IMG/VR virus record: IMGVR_UViG_3300023170_004110
Span: 1-49,738 of that record
DNA from: a virus
Lineage: Duplodnaviria; Caudoviricetes
Direction: 5' to 3' (one strand)
Length of the DNA: 49,738 bases
Positions 8,596 through 18,790 of this stretch are shown here, one piece after another. The position numbers were made by a program, and so were the translations under genes. The notes below the pieces were generated by a model. That model saw nothing but the letters and a program-made list of their open reading frames with translations, ran no database searches and had not been told where the DNA came from. Every line of letters begins with the position of its first letter. The first letter of the stretch is position 1.

Positions 8596-11500
8596 TTATA
8601 GTTTGCCGGTTTTTTTCCTTAAGAAGGACATTGCATTACCTGTTTTTTGTTGTAACAAATCATACATTGCTTTAGCTCTTTCTGGTGCATACTGTTTTGG
8701 AAAGACACTTTTTAACATAGCATGTACGTCAGGACTTAGTGTTGGTTTAGGTGCTGACGCAGATGTTGGTACAGCTACTGCTTTTGGTGCTGCTGCCTTT
8801 CCTGGTCCTTGAGCTAATTTACCTGCAATACTGTTTGCTCCAGGTGCTGTTGTAGGTCTTATTTTACTTGGGGGGTTATTTGCAAATTGTTTGTTTTGAG
8901 AGTGTTGTTTGCCACCCATGCCTGTGCCTGTTGCTCTTTTCATTCGCATCATCAACTCATTTGGTGTTGCTTCGCCCATTTCTTTTGCTTTATTTTTTTT
9001 CAGCATTTTTAATCTAGCTAGTTTTTCTTGACGTTCTAAATCACCTTCCATGTCATCACTAGCTATTGCTTTATCTAATTCAGCAAATGGATCGTTTTCT
9101 GCAAGTCGTTTGTACATTTCTTCTAAATTAGATTTTAATTCATTTTTTAATTTTGATTCGTATGCAATTGCAGGATCTTTTACTCGAATTGCTTGTTTTT
9201 CTTTTTTCCTATTTATTCCGCCTGACAGATCTTGTAACATATAATCTTCGTCTTGATATTCTTCATTAGGTGCATTATCCCATTCTTCATCTACTGATTC
9301 TCCACAAGGAGTATCTATGCCGTGCATTGCGCCGCACCCACAAGGTTTTTCTGTTGGGTCAGGCATACTTACTGCCATAGGTTGGCTAATATCTAAGTCG
9401 GTTACAGGTTTTGAATCTGGTAATCCAGCATTCCTTAAAAGTGCCATAAGTTCTTGAACTTCTTGGCTTGTGTTTCCATTCATTGAGATATTCATACTTG
9501 CTTCATTCATTACTTTATCCTCGTTATCTTTTTTATATGATTTAGTGCTTTCTTTTGGTGGTTCAATCTTTGGATTTTCCATAGGTATGGTTGTTTTCCA
9601 ATTTTTCTCATAATCAGTAGCTCGCATTTGACCAATATATATTTTTTTCAATATAGCGTTTCCTTTAGCATCTTTTGCTCTAGGATCCCTTGCCCAAATT
9701 AAAATGTAGGCTGGATTTTGATCGCTTGTCTTTGCATAAAACTTAGGATGTATTGTACCTAATCGTCTTTTTGCAGTTTGGATCCAATCTTGTGGTACAC
9801 TTTTTACAGGAACATCTGCTTGTTTGTTACCAGTTTGAGCAGGTTGATTTGCGTATGTCTTAGCCGCTTGCTGAAATAATTCATTTATTTTTGCAAAAAG
9901 CTTTGCAACGATTATACTACGTTCTTTGTTGTCTCCCGGATCTGGATAATATTCTTTAACTTTTTGCGTTATCCATTTATCTGCTTTTATTAAATCTTCT
10001 CTAGTTGCCCAACGCCTAAATTCGTAATCTAGACCATTTTTTGCAATTGCTAGATAAAACGCCTTAGGGTCTAATCCTGTGAAATCAAAAAATTTCACAG
10101 TGTTTGAACGCATTGCTTTTATTTTGGATTGAATTTCTTTTTCAGCTCCATAATTAGGATCAGTTGATGCAGTTGATATTGCTCCGTGAGGCCATGAATC
10201 TAATACGAGTTTCATAAATTCTGCTGCAATAGAATTTACAATTTTTTCATCTGTTTCTTTAGGTTGATAAAATTCTACAAGTTCTGGACTAAGCAATCCT
10301 TTATAATTTTGCTGGGTAGCAATCTTACTATCTTCTCTTGTTAGCTCTCTATTTTTGTAAATAAATTTACCTTTATATAAACTTGCATTATGCCACTCAG
10401 TTGGATCTGATAATCCATTAGCTGGCACAGATGGAGGTAAACTTATTTTTATCCTGCCTTCTTCTTGAAATTCAATTGGATGAATTATGCCAGGTAGTTC
10501 CATATGATAAGCAATGATTGAGAAGAACCAATTTTGTTTTTCCCTGCCTCCTACTTGGAACCATTTATCAAAATCTACATTCGCTACTGCCTTGCCTTCT
10601 TTTACTAAATTTTCTAGTGTAGGATTAGTCAAAAATCGTCTTACAAATGGTGTGAAAGCTCCGTAAGAGCTTTTTTCTGGCAAGGTATATTTAATAGTGT
10701 TGTAATCGTGCTCAAGTTGTGAAACTTTACTTTCAAGATTTGCTAATTGCTCATTAGATAATGAAGGAGTTCCTCCTGGTTTTGTTTTGAAAAAATCTTT
10801 GAATGCGTTAATTATCTTAGGAGCATTTTCTAACTCTAACTCTTTATTAATTAAGTTTTGAGATTTTTTAGCTACAGATTTTTCTGGAGTTGGATTTGCT
10901 GAATTTCTTGCACCTCTCATCTTTGTTAAAAGTTCTTCTGGCGGTGCTTCAAGCAATGAAATAGTATCAATTAGGCTTCTAAAAGTATTTTCTGTTTTAG
11001 TCTTTCTATGATGGGTTATGATTTGTTCTAATTGGTTTAACCAGTATTGCCAATTGCTTGTATTAATTGCAATAACAGTATTCCCTTGCCTGTATTTTTC
11101 AGAATTTTTATCGTGGGCTGTTGGAATAGTAAATGAATCTGAACTACTACGTTTATCGTGAAGTATTCCTAATACTTTATCTTCTAATGCTTTTTTAGTT
11201 GTATCTTTTATACCAAGACCAGATTTGTATTGTATTACCTCATTATCTGATAAGTTTTGAAATTCTTCTTTATCAATTAATTGTTGTAACTTTTTTGCTT
11301 CGTACTCTATATCATTTTGTTTTGGTTTAGGATTAACTTGACTCCTAATTTTTTTATAGCGCAGATATTGGTTGTAGACTTGATTGCCAATTGGTATTTT
11401 GGATTCTGGATCTGGTTTGATATCTCGGATTTGCCCAGCTCTATCGTTTGCAGATTGCTTTTGAGAAATGTTCTGTTCTACGTATCCAACTGCTTTATCA

Positions 11501-13293
11501 ATATTATTTGTTAATTTAACAACTGCTTCTGCTTTTTGTCTAAATAACCTTTTTAATTTTTTTTGTGAATTTTTTAAAATACCTTGTAGTTGAGCACCAA
11601 TTTTTTTCAATTCTCTAACATCTTCTCGAGATGGAATTTCTTTTGCCGTTTTTACAGTATCTTTTTCTTTAGGAACCTTATCGTCAAACCCATACTCTTT
11701 TATGAAAGTTTTTGATTCATTGAATAATGCAGAGTAATATTTTTCTATTGGATCATAATAATTCGTATCTATTTTAAATGCATCTTTTAATTTTGGATAT
11801 TTGTTTACAATGTCAACAAACTGGCTAATTAACTCTTCGGGAGTAGATAATTTTTTTAAATCTGATTCATCTCTTTCAGGATGTTTACTGTAAAGCATTT
11901 TTTTAATGGCTGCAACTTTTCCTTTTCGCAAATTTAATAATGTTGCAAGTTCTTTCCTAATCTTAACTTCTCTTGGATCAGTTAATTCGTATTTTTTCTT
12001 CTCATCATGAGATTTTACTAAATTCTTATATGCAAATGCAAGGTTTTGGTTTGTTGTGTCAAAAGACTTTTTTAAGCTATCCCATAACCTAACAGTGTCT
12101 TTTTCTTTATCGAATTTTTCTATATCTTTTGCTATACCATTAAAATTTTTAATATAAGAATTAAATGTTTCAACTCTTGACTCTGGATTTTGCAATAAGT
12201 CTCTATCTTTATCTACAGTAGCTGTTTTTTTGATTGCTACAAATTTATCAAATTGTTTTTTAAATTTATCTTGTACATCTGTAGGTAATACTTCAAACGA
12301 TGCTTGTACAATTATCTTATAATTTTCCCACTTATCTTGCAGTGAAGCAAATGCATCTTTAAAATTATATTGATTAACTTCAACAATATTTTCGTTTTTT
12401 TGATTTTCTATTCTTGATTTTATAAACTCTAAATTTTTTAATAGTGTTTCTCCACGCTTTAACCATTCTTCATAATTAGTTTCATTTGGTGCTGTAACAG
12501 TTTTTCCACGCCATTTTACTTTCCTATAACCTAATCTATACTTGTACCAAATTTTTCGTTGATCTGTTGTAGTTGCTTGCGGTGGAGGATCTAATTCGCT
12601 TACTTTAATTTCTGGGTTTTTTGCTTTTTGTTTTGCTACATAGTCTTGCATTACCCGTAAAAATTTAGGATCTAATTTTCCAATAGCACCTGGATCTGAA
12701 TATTTCTCTTGTGATTTTTTCCAATCTTGATCTGGTTTTAGATTTTCAGGTTGGTCGTTCATTTCAGGAGGTTGCGCTTTGGGATTGTTTACTTGTGGTA
12801 ATTTAAATTCTTTAGATTTAGGATCGTTCCATTTTTTAATTGTAGTATCGTATTCTTTTTCCCAAGCTTTCTTATCTAACAAACCTAATTCGTTTTGCTT
12901 CCGTGCAGCAGTTTGATCTTCATATTTGTAAGGCTTAAATATACCACGATCGTCTTTAGTAGCTGAAACATGTACACCGTCAGGAGTTAGCCATGATTCT
13001 AACCCTAGTGAAATTGCAAGCTCTCCATAGTATTGATTTTTAATATAATCGCTATTTACTTTATTTGTGAGTTGAGATACATTATCTGTGCCAAATGCAT
13101 ATATATTTGTAAAATTTTTAATATCTTTAGATATTTTTTCTTGGCTAATGTTTTTTTCGCCTTTCTTTACCAGCTTTGCAACCCAATCTCTAATATGTTG
13201 ATCAATTTTAGACCTATCCTCTGATCCAACTGCAAATTTAAAGTAAGATTTTTTTTCGTTTATTTGATTTATAATGTTTAAAAATTCTCGCAT
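8596..13293 (-). CDS. 1565-aa hypothetical multidomain protein, probable internal head protein
   Basis: Long K/E-rich ORF, late promoter upstream, segmental [ILV]xE motifs, internal ELMALLRNAGL. Confidence 0.6.
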   Translation of the reverse strand: MREFLNIINQINEKKSYFKFAVGSEDRSKIDQHIRDWVAKLVKKGEKNISQEKISKDIKNFTNIYAFGTDNVSQLTNKVNSDYIKNQYYGELAISLGLESWLTPDGVHVSATKDDRGIFKPYKYEDQTAARKQNELGLLDKKAWEKEYDTTIKKWNDPKSKEFKLPQVNNPKAQPPEMNDQPENLKPDQDWKKSQEKYSDPGAIGKLDPKFLRVMQDYVAKQKAKNPEIKVSELDPPPQATTTDQRKIWYKYRLGYRKVKWRGKTVTAPNETNYEEWLKRGETLLKNLEFIKSRIENQKNENIVEVNQYNFKDAFASLQDKWENYKIIVQASFEVLPTDVQDKFKKQFDKFVAIKKTATVDKDRDLLQNPESRVETFNSYIKNFNGIAKDIEKFDKEKDTVRLWDSLKKSFDTTNQNLAFAYKNLVKSHDEKKKYELTDPREVKIRKELATLLNLRKGKVAAIKKMLYSKHPERDESDLKKLSTPEELISQFVDIVNKYPKLKDAFKIDTNYYDPIEKYYSALFNESKTFIKEYGFDDKVPKEKDTVKTAKEIPSREDVRELKKIGAQLQGILKNSQKKLKRLFRQKAEAVVKLTNNIDKAVGYVEQNISQKQSANDRAGQIRDIKPDPESKIPIGNQVYNQYLRYKKIRSQVNPKPKQNDIEYEAKKLQQLIDKEEFQNLSDNEVIQYKSGLGIKDTTKKALEDKVLGILHDKRSSSDSFTIPTAHDKNSEKYRQGNTVIAINTSNWQYWLNQLEQIITHHRKTKTENTFRSLIDTISLLEAPPEELLTKMRGARNSANPTPEKSVAKKSQNLINKELELENAPKIINAFKDFFKTKPGGTPSLSNEQLANLESKVSQLEHDYNTIKYTLPEKSSYGAFTPFVRRFLTNPTLENLVKEGKAVANVDFDKWFQVGGREKQNWFFSIIAYHMELPGIIHPIEFQEEGRIKISLPPSVPANGLSDPTEWHNASLYKGKFIYKNRELTREDSKIATQQNYKGLLSPELVEFYQPKETDEKIVNSIAAEFMKLVLDSWPHGAISTASTDPNYGAEKEIQSKIKAMRSNTVKFFDFTGLDPKAFYLAIAKNGLDYEFRRWATREDLIKADKWITQKVKEYYPDPGDNKERSIIVAKLFAKINELFQQAAKTYANQPAQTGNKQADVPVKSVPQDWIQTAKRRLGTIHPKFYAKTSDQNPAYILIWARDPRAKDAKGNAILKKIYIGQMRATDYEKNWKTTIPMENPKIEPPKESTKSYKKDNEDKVMNEASMNISMNGNTSQEVQELMALLRNAGLPDSKPVTDLDISQPMAVSMPDPTEKPCGCGAMHGIDTPCGESVDEEWDNAPNEEYQDEDYMLQDLSGGINRKKEKQAIRVKDPAIAYESKLKNELKSNLEEMYKRLAENDPFAELDKAIASDDMEGDLERQEKLARLKMLKKNKAKEMGEATPNELMMRMKRATGTGMGGKQHSQNKQFANNPPSKIRPTTAPGANSIAGKLAQGPGKAAAPKAVAVPTSASAPKPTLSPDVHAMLKSVFPKQYAPERAKAMYDLLQQKTGNAMSFLRKKTGKL

Positions 13294-13308
13294 AATACAC
13301 CTATATGA

Positions 13309-13316
13309 TATTTATC
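13309..13316 (-). promoter_or_regulatory. late promoter GATAAATA inside the palindrome ATATGATA-TT-TATCATAT (13303-13320)
   Basis: Seen directly upstream of the 1565-aa ORF. Confidence 0.6.
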
Positions 13317-15678
13317 ATATGCCTGCTAGCATTCGCAGTCTAGATATCTTACTGTTTTCTGTCAATTTTTCAAGTTGGATAAGCAACTTGTCAACGTATT
13401 GTTTTGTTCCTTTGTTATCTTTTGCATAATAACCATTAGCATCTTTTTTCAACTCGTTAGGTCCTCCGTTATACATGATAAAAGAATATATTTCTGCAGC
13501 AGTGTAACCAGTAGGAACGTCTACAGTTTTTGTAATTTCACCTTCGCTGTCTTTCCAAATTACTTGTGTGGTGTCTGAACTTATACGGTTTTTAGCCGCT
13601 TTTAATAGGTATGAATAATACCACGTACCAATTTGAAGTAAAGTTTTTTGATTAGTCAATATATCATTTAAATCTTTTTCTGTGTAGTTTGATGATGCTT
13701 TAATAAAGTCAATCACTGCCCATTTTTGATTTACATGCATTCCGCCATGAGATTTACCATTATCTCCTTTTAATATTGTACCTTTTAAACTTTCATGATT
13801 ATATATACCTTTGAAAAGAGCTGATTTTATTCCTAATGCACTGGCTCTATCTTCTAAGTATCGGTAAGCAACATTATTATTCAAAGTCCCATCTCCGTTG
13901 TCTAAACCACTGTAAGGATCATCAAGTAAATCATCTGGGTCTACAGGCTTTGTCTCATCTGATCCATCTTGATTTTTAGGTTCATTTGACGAACCATTAT
14001 TAGATCCTGCAGGTAATTCAGTACTACACTTTTCGATTGCTTCATTATCAGGAGTGTAGTTAGGAGGAAAATTACTTCCATCTGGTTTGGCTATACTAGC
14101 CCATTTTTCACAATCAGTTGCTAATAAATAATCACTAATTAGAGCAGCCATTTTTTCGCCAGCTTTTATTTGTTTTTTAAATGTTGCAACTGGATCTATT
14201 TTACCTGTCTCTATTATCACCCAATTATTATTTTTTGTTTGGCGAATTGAATATGGGTGTTTGGTGTCGAACCAAATAACCCATGGTTTATCTGAAAAAT
14301 TTGTAGGCTCTTGTTCTTGGTCAGGATCTGTTAGGTTTGTATTTTCTTCCGATCCATTATCTGTTTGGATAGTTAAATTATCTAAGGCAGAGGTTGCCCA
14401 TGCATGTAGGGCATTTAAATCTTCTTTTCTAGCAGCAAGGTTTCTTCTTTCGATTTCTGAAGGACTAGATGCTCTGTCTAATTCTTTTCTTTTTTTTGCA
14501 AGTACACTGAGAATAGAGTTTAATGCAGGCCGCATTGTATTAAGTGTATCTTGTAATTGTGATTGAGATAGTAAATAATCTGGTACTGCTTCAGGCTCAA
14601 GTTGTGTATCCGGTGTTGGCGGCTCTTCTTGGTACGATAAAGGACGCATATCCGCCAATTGGTTATCTATTTCACTTGCTTGTTTTAATAACGCTTGCCG
14701 AGCTTCTTCTTGTTTTTTTAAAATCCAAGATTTATATTTTTGTAAACTTTCATTCTCAGCTTGACGGAAAAGTTTAAGAGCTTGTCTCTTAGACTTTTCA
14801 ATAGCGTCTGCATGATATTGTGCTAGTCGTAAATTATCTTCTAAAGTTCCATACGGAGACGGATAGTATGGCATAGGTTGATTATTAGCTAATATATCTG
14901 AGATACTTTTTTGTTGTCTCATTTTCTCGCGTTCCTGAGATAATTTTTCTAATGTTTGCCATTGTCGTTGAAGCATTAACATTTCTCGGTTATCTCTAGA
15001 TTTGCGAGCATCAGCTATTTGTTTTTGAAATTGTTCTCTAGCTTTTCTTTCTGCTGCTAATTGTTCTCTATATTTTTCTAAGTCTTTTTGTTGTTTATGT
15101 GATAGCTCATAGTCAGGAGCAGGATCATTAGTTAACCTTTCAATCTGTTGTTCATCATCATTGATGATTCCTAAATCTTCTCGATTTTGTTGATCCAAGC
15201 CTGCCGTTCCTCCACCATTGCTATTGCTAGGTTTAGAGTTTGAACTGCTTCCACTGCTTGTTCCATTGTCGCTCTTTCCCGTGCCTCCGTCACCAGTTCC
15301 TCCGTCACCAGTTCCTCCATTACCAGTTCCTCCATTACCAGTTCCTCCATTACCAATAGTTGGACTTCCAGTTCCACTTATTGAACATACATTTTTTCCA
15401 AACGCAATATTTCTGCTTTTTAAAAATTTTACGATTGCGGCATACATTTCAGGATGCAAAATAAAATTTACATCAGTTTTACTGCCTGGCCAACTATATT
15501 TAGAGCGATCAGTTGAAAAATTAAATCTTCTTCCTCCTCGTTGGCAAGTATCTATAAAAATTGTATTATTTGCAGCAACTTGCTGTATGCCTATGTGCAT
15601 CTGATTTACTAAATGCTTCGGCATTTCGACATATCTACTAGTTTGCTCAGTGATTAGATTATACTTCGTCTTACTCAT
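13315..15678 (-). CDS. 787-aa protein with C-terminal lytic transglycosylase (SLT/lysozyme-like) domain
   Basis: IYNHES (catalytic Glu), SHGGMHV, IGTWYYSYL, MYNGGP, TKQYVDK; Gly-rich repeat and coiled coil toward the N-terminus. Confidence 0.7.
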   Translation of the reverse strand: MSKTKYNLITEQTSRYVEMPKHLVNQMHIGIQQVAANNTIFIDTCQRGGRRFNFSTDRSKYSWPGSKTDVNFILHPEMYAAIVKFLKSRNIAFGKNVCSISGTGSPTIGNGGTGNGGTGNGGTGDGGTGDGGTGKSDNGTSSGSSSNSKPSNSNGGGTAGLDQQNREDLGIINDDEQQIERLTNDPAPDYELSHKQQKDLEKYREQLAAERKAREQFQKQIADARKSRDNREMLMLQRQWQTLEKLSQEREKMRQQKSISDILANNQPMPYYPSPYGTLEDNLRLAQYHADAIEKSKRQALKLFRQAENESLQKYKSWILKKQEEARQALLKQASEIDNQLADMRPLSYQEEPPTPDTQLEPEAVPDYLLSQSQLQDTLNTMRPALNSILSVLAKKRKELDRASSPSEIERRNLAARKEDLNALHAWATSALDNLTIQTDNGSEENTNLTDPDQEQEPTNFSDKPWVIWFDTKHPYSIRQTKNNNWVIIETGKIDPVATFKKQIKAGEKMAALISDYLLATDCEKWASIAKPDGSNFPPNYTPDNEAIEKCSTELPAGSNNGSSNEPKNQDGSDETKPVDPDDLLDDPYSGLDNGDGTLNNNVAYRYLEDRASALGIKSALFKGIYNHESLKGTILKGDNGKSHGGMHVNQKWAVIDFIKASSNYTEKDLNDILTNQKTLLQIGTWYYSYLLKAAKNRISSDTTQVIWKDSEGEITKTVDVPTGYTAAEIYSFIMYNGGPNELKKDANGYYAKDNKGTKQYVDKLLIQLEKLTENSKISRLRMLAGI
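15284..15355 (-). repeat. 15-bp tandem repeat (about 5 copies) encoding G[ND]GGT
   Basis: cctcc(g/a)t(c/t)accagtt units at 15284, 15299, 15314, 15329, 15344. Confidence 0.95.
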
Positions 15679-15701
15679 TTTAATTTGGTATGTAAATTAC
15701 T

Positions 15702-16205
15702 TTACTTTGCTTGAGGTGTGTAATCTACATTTCTTTCTTTTTTAGCAGTTTCTAATTCTTTAAGCAAATCCATGACTCTTGTTTGACCTACATGCTGCTG
15801 AGCCGATTCGCCTCCCATATCCTCTGTTGCTAGTAGACTTGTGTAAGGTTTATTATCTTCTTTATTTTCTTGTTGTAATTCTAAAGAATCATTTTCATTC
15901 CTGACAATAATATGAGATGCAGGATGATTCATTTCTAATTGTATATAGCTTTCTAATACATTAGGACTAGTTGGATAATTAACTTCTACATCAAAGCTGG
16001 TAACTTCACAATTAGTTAATTGTGGAAAATCTAATGGTCTTTCTGTAATAGGAGCAGTTTTTCCTCTGCTAAAATTTACAACATCGTACTTTCCTAATGC
16101 ATTTTCTAAACGTGTATCAAAATTTTCAGGTAATTCGCCTGCTACTCGAATTTTAAATGTATAAGTTTTTTTTGTTTCATTAATAAAATCAGTTAATTGC
16201 TTCAT
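15702..16205 (-). CDS. hypothetical protein with capsid-targeting-like N-terminus
   Basis: Starts MKQLTDFINE; GAGGA RBS; GATAAATA at 16226-16233. Confidence 0.65.
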   Translation of the reverse strand: MKQLTDFINETKKTYTFKIRVAGELPENFDTRLENALGKYDVVNFSRGKTAPITERPLDFPQLTNCEVTSFDVEVNYPTSPNVLESYIQLEMNHPASHIIVRNENDSLELQQENKEDNKPYTSLLATEDMGGESAQQHVGQTRVMDLLKELETAKKERNVDYTPQAK

Positions 16206-16224
16206 AGTAATTCCTCAGTTTATC

Positions 16225-16713
16225 CTATTTATCCATATTTTTAAGTTTTTCTAAAAGACTATTTCGATCTGTAACAAGATATCCTTCGCCTTCTACAATG
16301 TTAGCTTCTTTTGTATTTTCTTTTTCTAACTTTTCTTTCTTAAGTTGCAGTTCTACCATTTTCAATTTTTTATCTAATTTTGCAACTTTACTATCTAAAT
16401 TAGTTTTTAGCATTTGACCTGCAACTTCAAAAATCCTGCCACTAAATCTTGCCTCAACATTCATTCCCAAGTCCATCAAGTCTTCATACGCAGCCATAGA
16501 TTTTTCTGCAACTTGGTCTAATTCAGCATCGCCTATATCTCCCAAGCCTTTTACATGAGGTAAAGCTGCAGCAATTTTGTCATACTCTTCTATTTGTTTT
16601 AATGTTTCTGTTGGTATATGCGTTTTTTTGCTTTTTTTGGTTTTTTCGTTTTCTTGATTGATTATTTCTTTTGATTCTGGAAGGTTTAATAATTCTTCTA
16701 ATTTTTTTGTCAT
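16225..16713 (-). CDS. putative terminase small subunit (gp16-like)
   Basis: Helical 162-aa protein, RIFEVAGQMLK, C-terminal DRNSLLEKLK; head-gene context. Confidence 0.55.
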   Translation of the reverse strand: MTKKLEELLNLPESKEIINQENEKTKKSKKTHIPTETLKQIEEYDKIAAALPHVKGLGDIGDAELDQVAEKSMAAYEDLMDLGMNVEARFSGRIFEVAGQMLKTNLDSKVAKLDKKLKMVELQLKKEKLEKENTKEANIVEGEGYLVTDRNSLLEKLKNMDK

Positions 16714-16767
16714 GACTACCTATTAAAAAATATTATTTAAATATTTATTTAATAAAAGATTAAGGAT

Positions 16768-17205
16768 TTATTTTTTCCTACCTCTATGGAACATGTCATT
16801 TTCAGTAACTATTCTAAAATGTATTCTATTTTGTTTACACCATTTTGCAGCCGCTTGCCATTTTGCTTGATTAAGTACATAGCTTGCTTGATTGTACTTG
16901 CTTCTCCCTACGTTTTCTCTTAAAGCTTGACTTGCAGGTTTAACTTCGATAAGCTCACTTTTTTGCTTACCTGTTTTGTCAACGTAAACAATGAAAAAAT
17001 CTGGAATATAAATTGTGTTTTTTCCAGTTAATGGGTTTTTATATGGTATTTTTATAGATTCTGATGCCCAGTTTATAATGTTAGGGTGAGAATCACAAAA
17101 ATTCATAAATGTAAATTCCCAGCTACTCCGATAGATTGGATCTTTATTTCCAATATATTTTTTTGCATTTTTTATTCTGAAAATACCTTTAGCAAAATTA
17201 GCCAT
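16768..17205 (-). CDS. head completion nuclease (T4 gp4-like, TnsA-type PD-(D/E)xK)
   Basis: YRSSWE, WASE, YIPDF, IEVKP, NQAKW motifs. Confidence 0.9.
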   Translation of the reverse strand: MANFAKGIFRIKNAKKYIGNKDPIYRSSWEFTFMNFCDSHPNIINWASESIKIPYKNPLTGKNTIYIPDFFIVYVDKTGKQKSELIEVKPASQALRENVGRSKYNQASYVLNQAKWQAAAKWCKQNRIHFRIVTENDMFHRGRKK

Positions 17206-17567
17206 TATATAACTAAGTTTCTTTTGATTTCTGGATTAGATATCCTGTCTGATTCAAATCCTAATTTAGAGGTTTTACCACTAGTTGCATTTAATATTTT
17301 TGCAACAATAAAACTAATTCTATCTCTTGAATATGAATTCATTGTATCTAAAATTTTAAAAATATTAGTTGAATCTTTTTTTGCTTGATTTAATAAAATT
17401 TGAGTAATACTTTTTGCAGCTACGTCATCAAACCCTTTTTTCTTAAACCAACTAAAAACAGTATCAAATTCATTCGCAGAAACTGTTAAGTTCTCTGAAA
17501 AATAATTATTAAAAAACTCTACAGTTTTTGATTCTGATAAATTTTTATTATTAGAATAAGTGCTCAT
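17205..17567 (-). CDS. hypothetical protein
   Basis: 120-aa ORF with AAGGA RBS; stop overlaps the next start. Confidence 0.65.
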   Translation of the reverse strand: MSTYSNNKNLSESKTVEFFNNYFSENLTVSANEFDTVFSWFKKKGFDDVAAKSITQILLNQAKKDSTNIFKILDTMNSYSRDRISFIVAKILNATSGKTSKLGFESDRISNPEIKRNLVI

Positions 17568-17576
17568 AGTATTCCT

Positions 17577-18776
17577 TTATGGTATCAATAACCCGCCTAA
17601 TCCACCTAATCCACCTGTACCTAGTTCGTCAACAATATTACCTATTACTTCTGCTGCGATTTGGTCACCACGAGGAAGATCATTTAATTGTCCTAAAAGA
17701 TTAATTCCTGCTATGGCGGCTGCAGCAGGACTACTAAATCCGCTTCCCGCTGCACTAAAATCAAATAAATCTGGTTCTCCTGGTAAAATTAAATCGGTTA
17801 TGAAGCCAGCTATATCAATAGGTCCTCCACCTTGTAATGTCATAGGACTAGGAGCAGTGTCATAATGTTCAGATCGACCAAATCCAATTGGATCTTTATC
17901 TTCGTCAGCACGAGCAGACCTGTTTACAACTCCTCTATTTACAAAAACAGATTCGTATGAAACTGTAATACTGTTTTCAGTTGTTTCTCCTCCTGCACTA
18001 TAATCTAAATTAGAATAAGACCAGTCAGTTATAACTGGATTTACAATAGTAAATGTTGTATACGTATGTTTGGCTAATTGACTGATTTGAATATTACGGA
18101 AAAAGGGTTCTATAGAATTATTATCTAAACCGTACCTATAAAGCGGTTTAGTTCCGTCATACGTGTCTTCCATCATGTAATTTAGGGGTTTTTGATTATC
18201 CGCCATACTTGCTCCTGGAAGATCAAAATTAAATGAAGGAAGGGCGTCTGTTACTGCACCTATTGCAGTATCCAACAAACTTTCAGATGCATTTGGACTA
18301 ATAGCAGGTGCTGGATGTCTATGTGCCTTTTGGTATGCTGCTGGAGAAATTAAGTGGTTACCATCATTGAAGTAATATCGATAATATGCTTCTAGTAAAA
18401 AACCAGTCAGACCTAAATTATCATCATAAAAAGTCATAGAGATAGGTTCATAGCTTATGCCAGTTTGAACATGTTTAATTCTATTGTATTTTTTACGAGT
18501 TTCAACATTTGCACTAAATTTTGGCAAGTCACATCTTTTAACAAGCATTCCCGCTTCAAATTTATGTCTATCTTTTTGCCATTGAGCGTTTGTTTTAGTG
18601 ACAACATCATCATTAATGTCAAAGTATACATGATAATTAAACTTTGTTTTTGGAGCAAGTCGAAAAGGATTTCTCGATGATCCTGCTCCAAATGCATATT
18701 CTGCGTGTCGCCAATCTCCTAAATTACCTTTAGGATTAGTTAAGCCTTGGAAAAGATTATCAAAATTACTTAACAT
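17577..18776 (-). CDS. tail tube-like / baseplate tube initiator protein (gp19/gp54 fold)
   Basis: LVKRCDLPKF, YEPISMTFYDD, LDYS..ITVSYE; follows the tail tube gene. Confidence 0.65.
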   Translation of the reverse strand: MLSNFDNLFQGLTNPKGNLGDWRHAEYAFGAGSSRNPFRLAPKTKFNYHVYFDINDDVVTKTNAQWQKDRHKFEAGMLVKRCDLPKFSANVETRKKYNRIKHVQTGISYEPISMTFYDDNLGLTGFLLEAYYRYYFNDGNHLISPAAYQKAHRHPAPAISPNASESLLDTAIGAVTDALPSFNFDLPGASMADNQKPLNYMMEDTYDGTKPLYRYGLDNNSIEPFFRNIQISQLAKHTYTTFTIVNPVITDWSYSNLDYSAGGETTENSITVSYESVFVNRGVVNRSARADEDKDPIGFGRSEHYDTAPSPMTLQGGGPIDIAGFITDLILPGEPDLFDFSAAGSGFSSPAAAAIAGINLLGQLNDLPRGDQIAAEVIGNIVDELGTGGLGGLGGLLIP

Positions 18777-18790
18777 ATTTTAAGCTATTT

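Noticed and set aside
16768-17205. Tn7 TnsA transposase
   Set aside because: Motifs and context fit the T4 gp4-like head completion nuclease; no other transposon genes or ends
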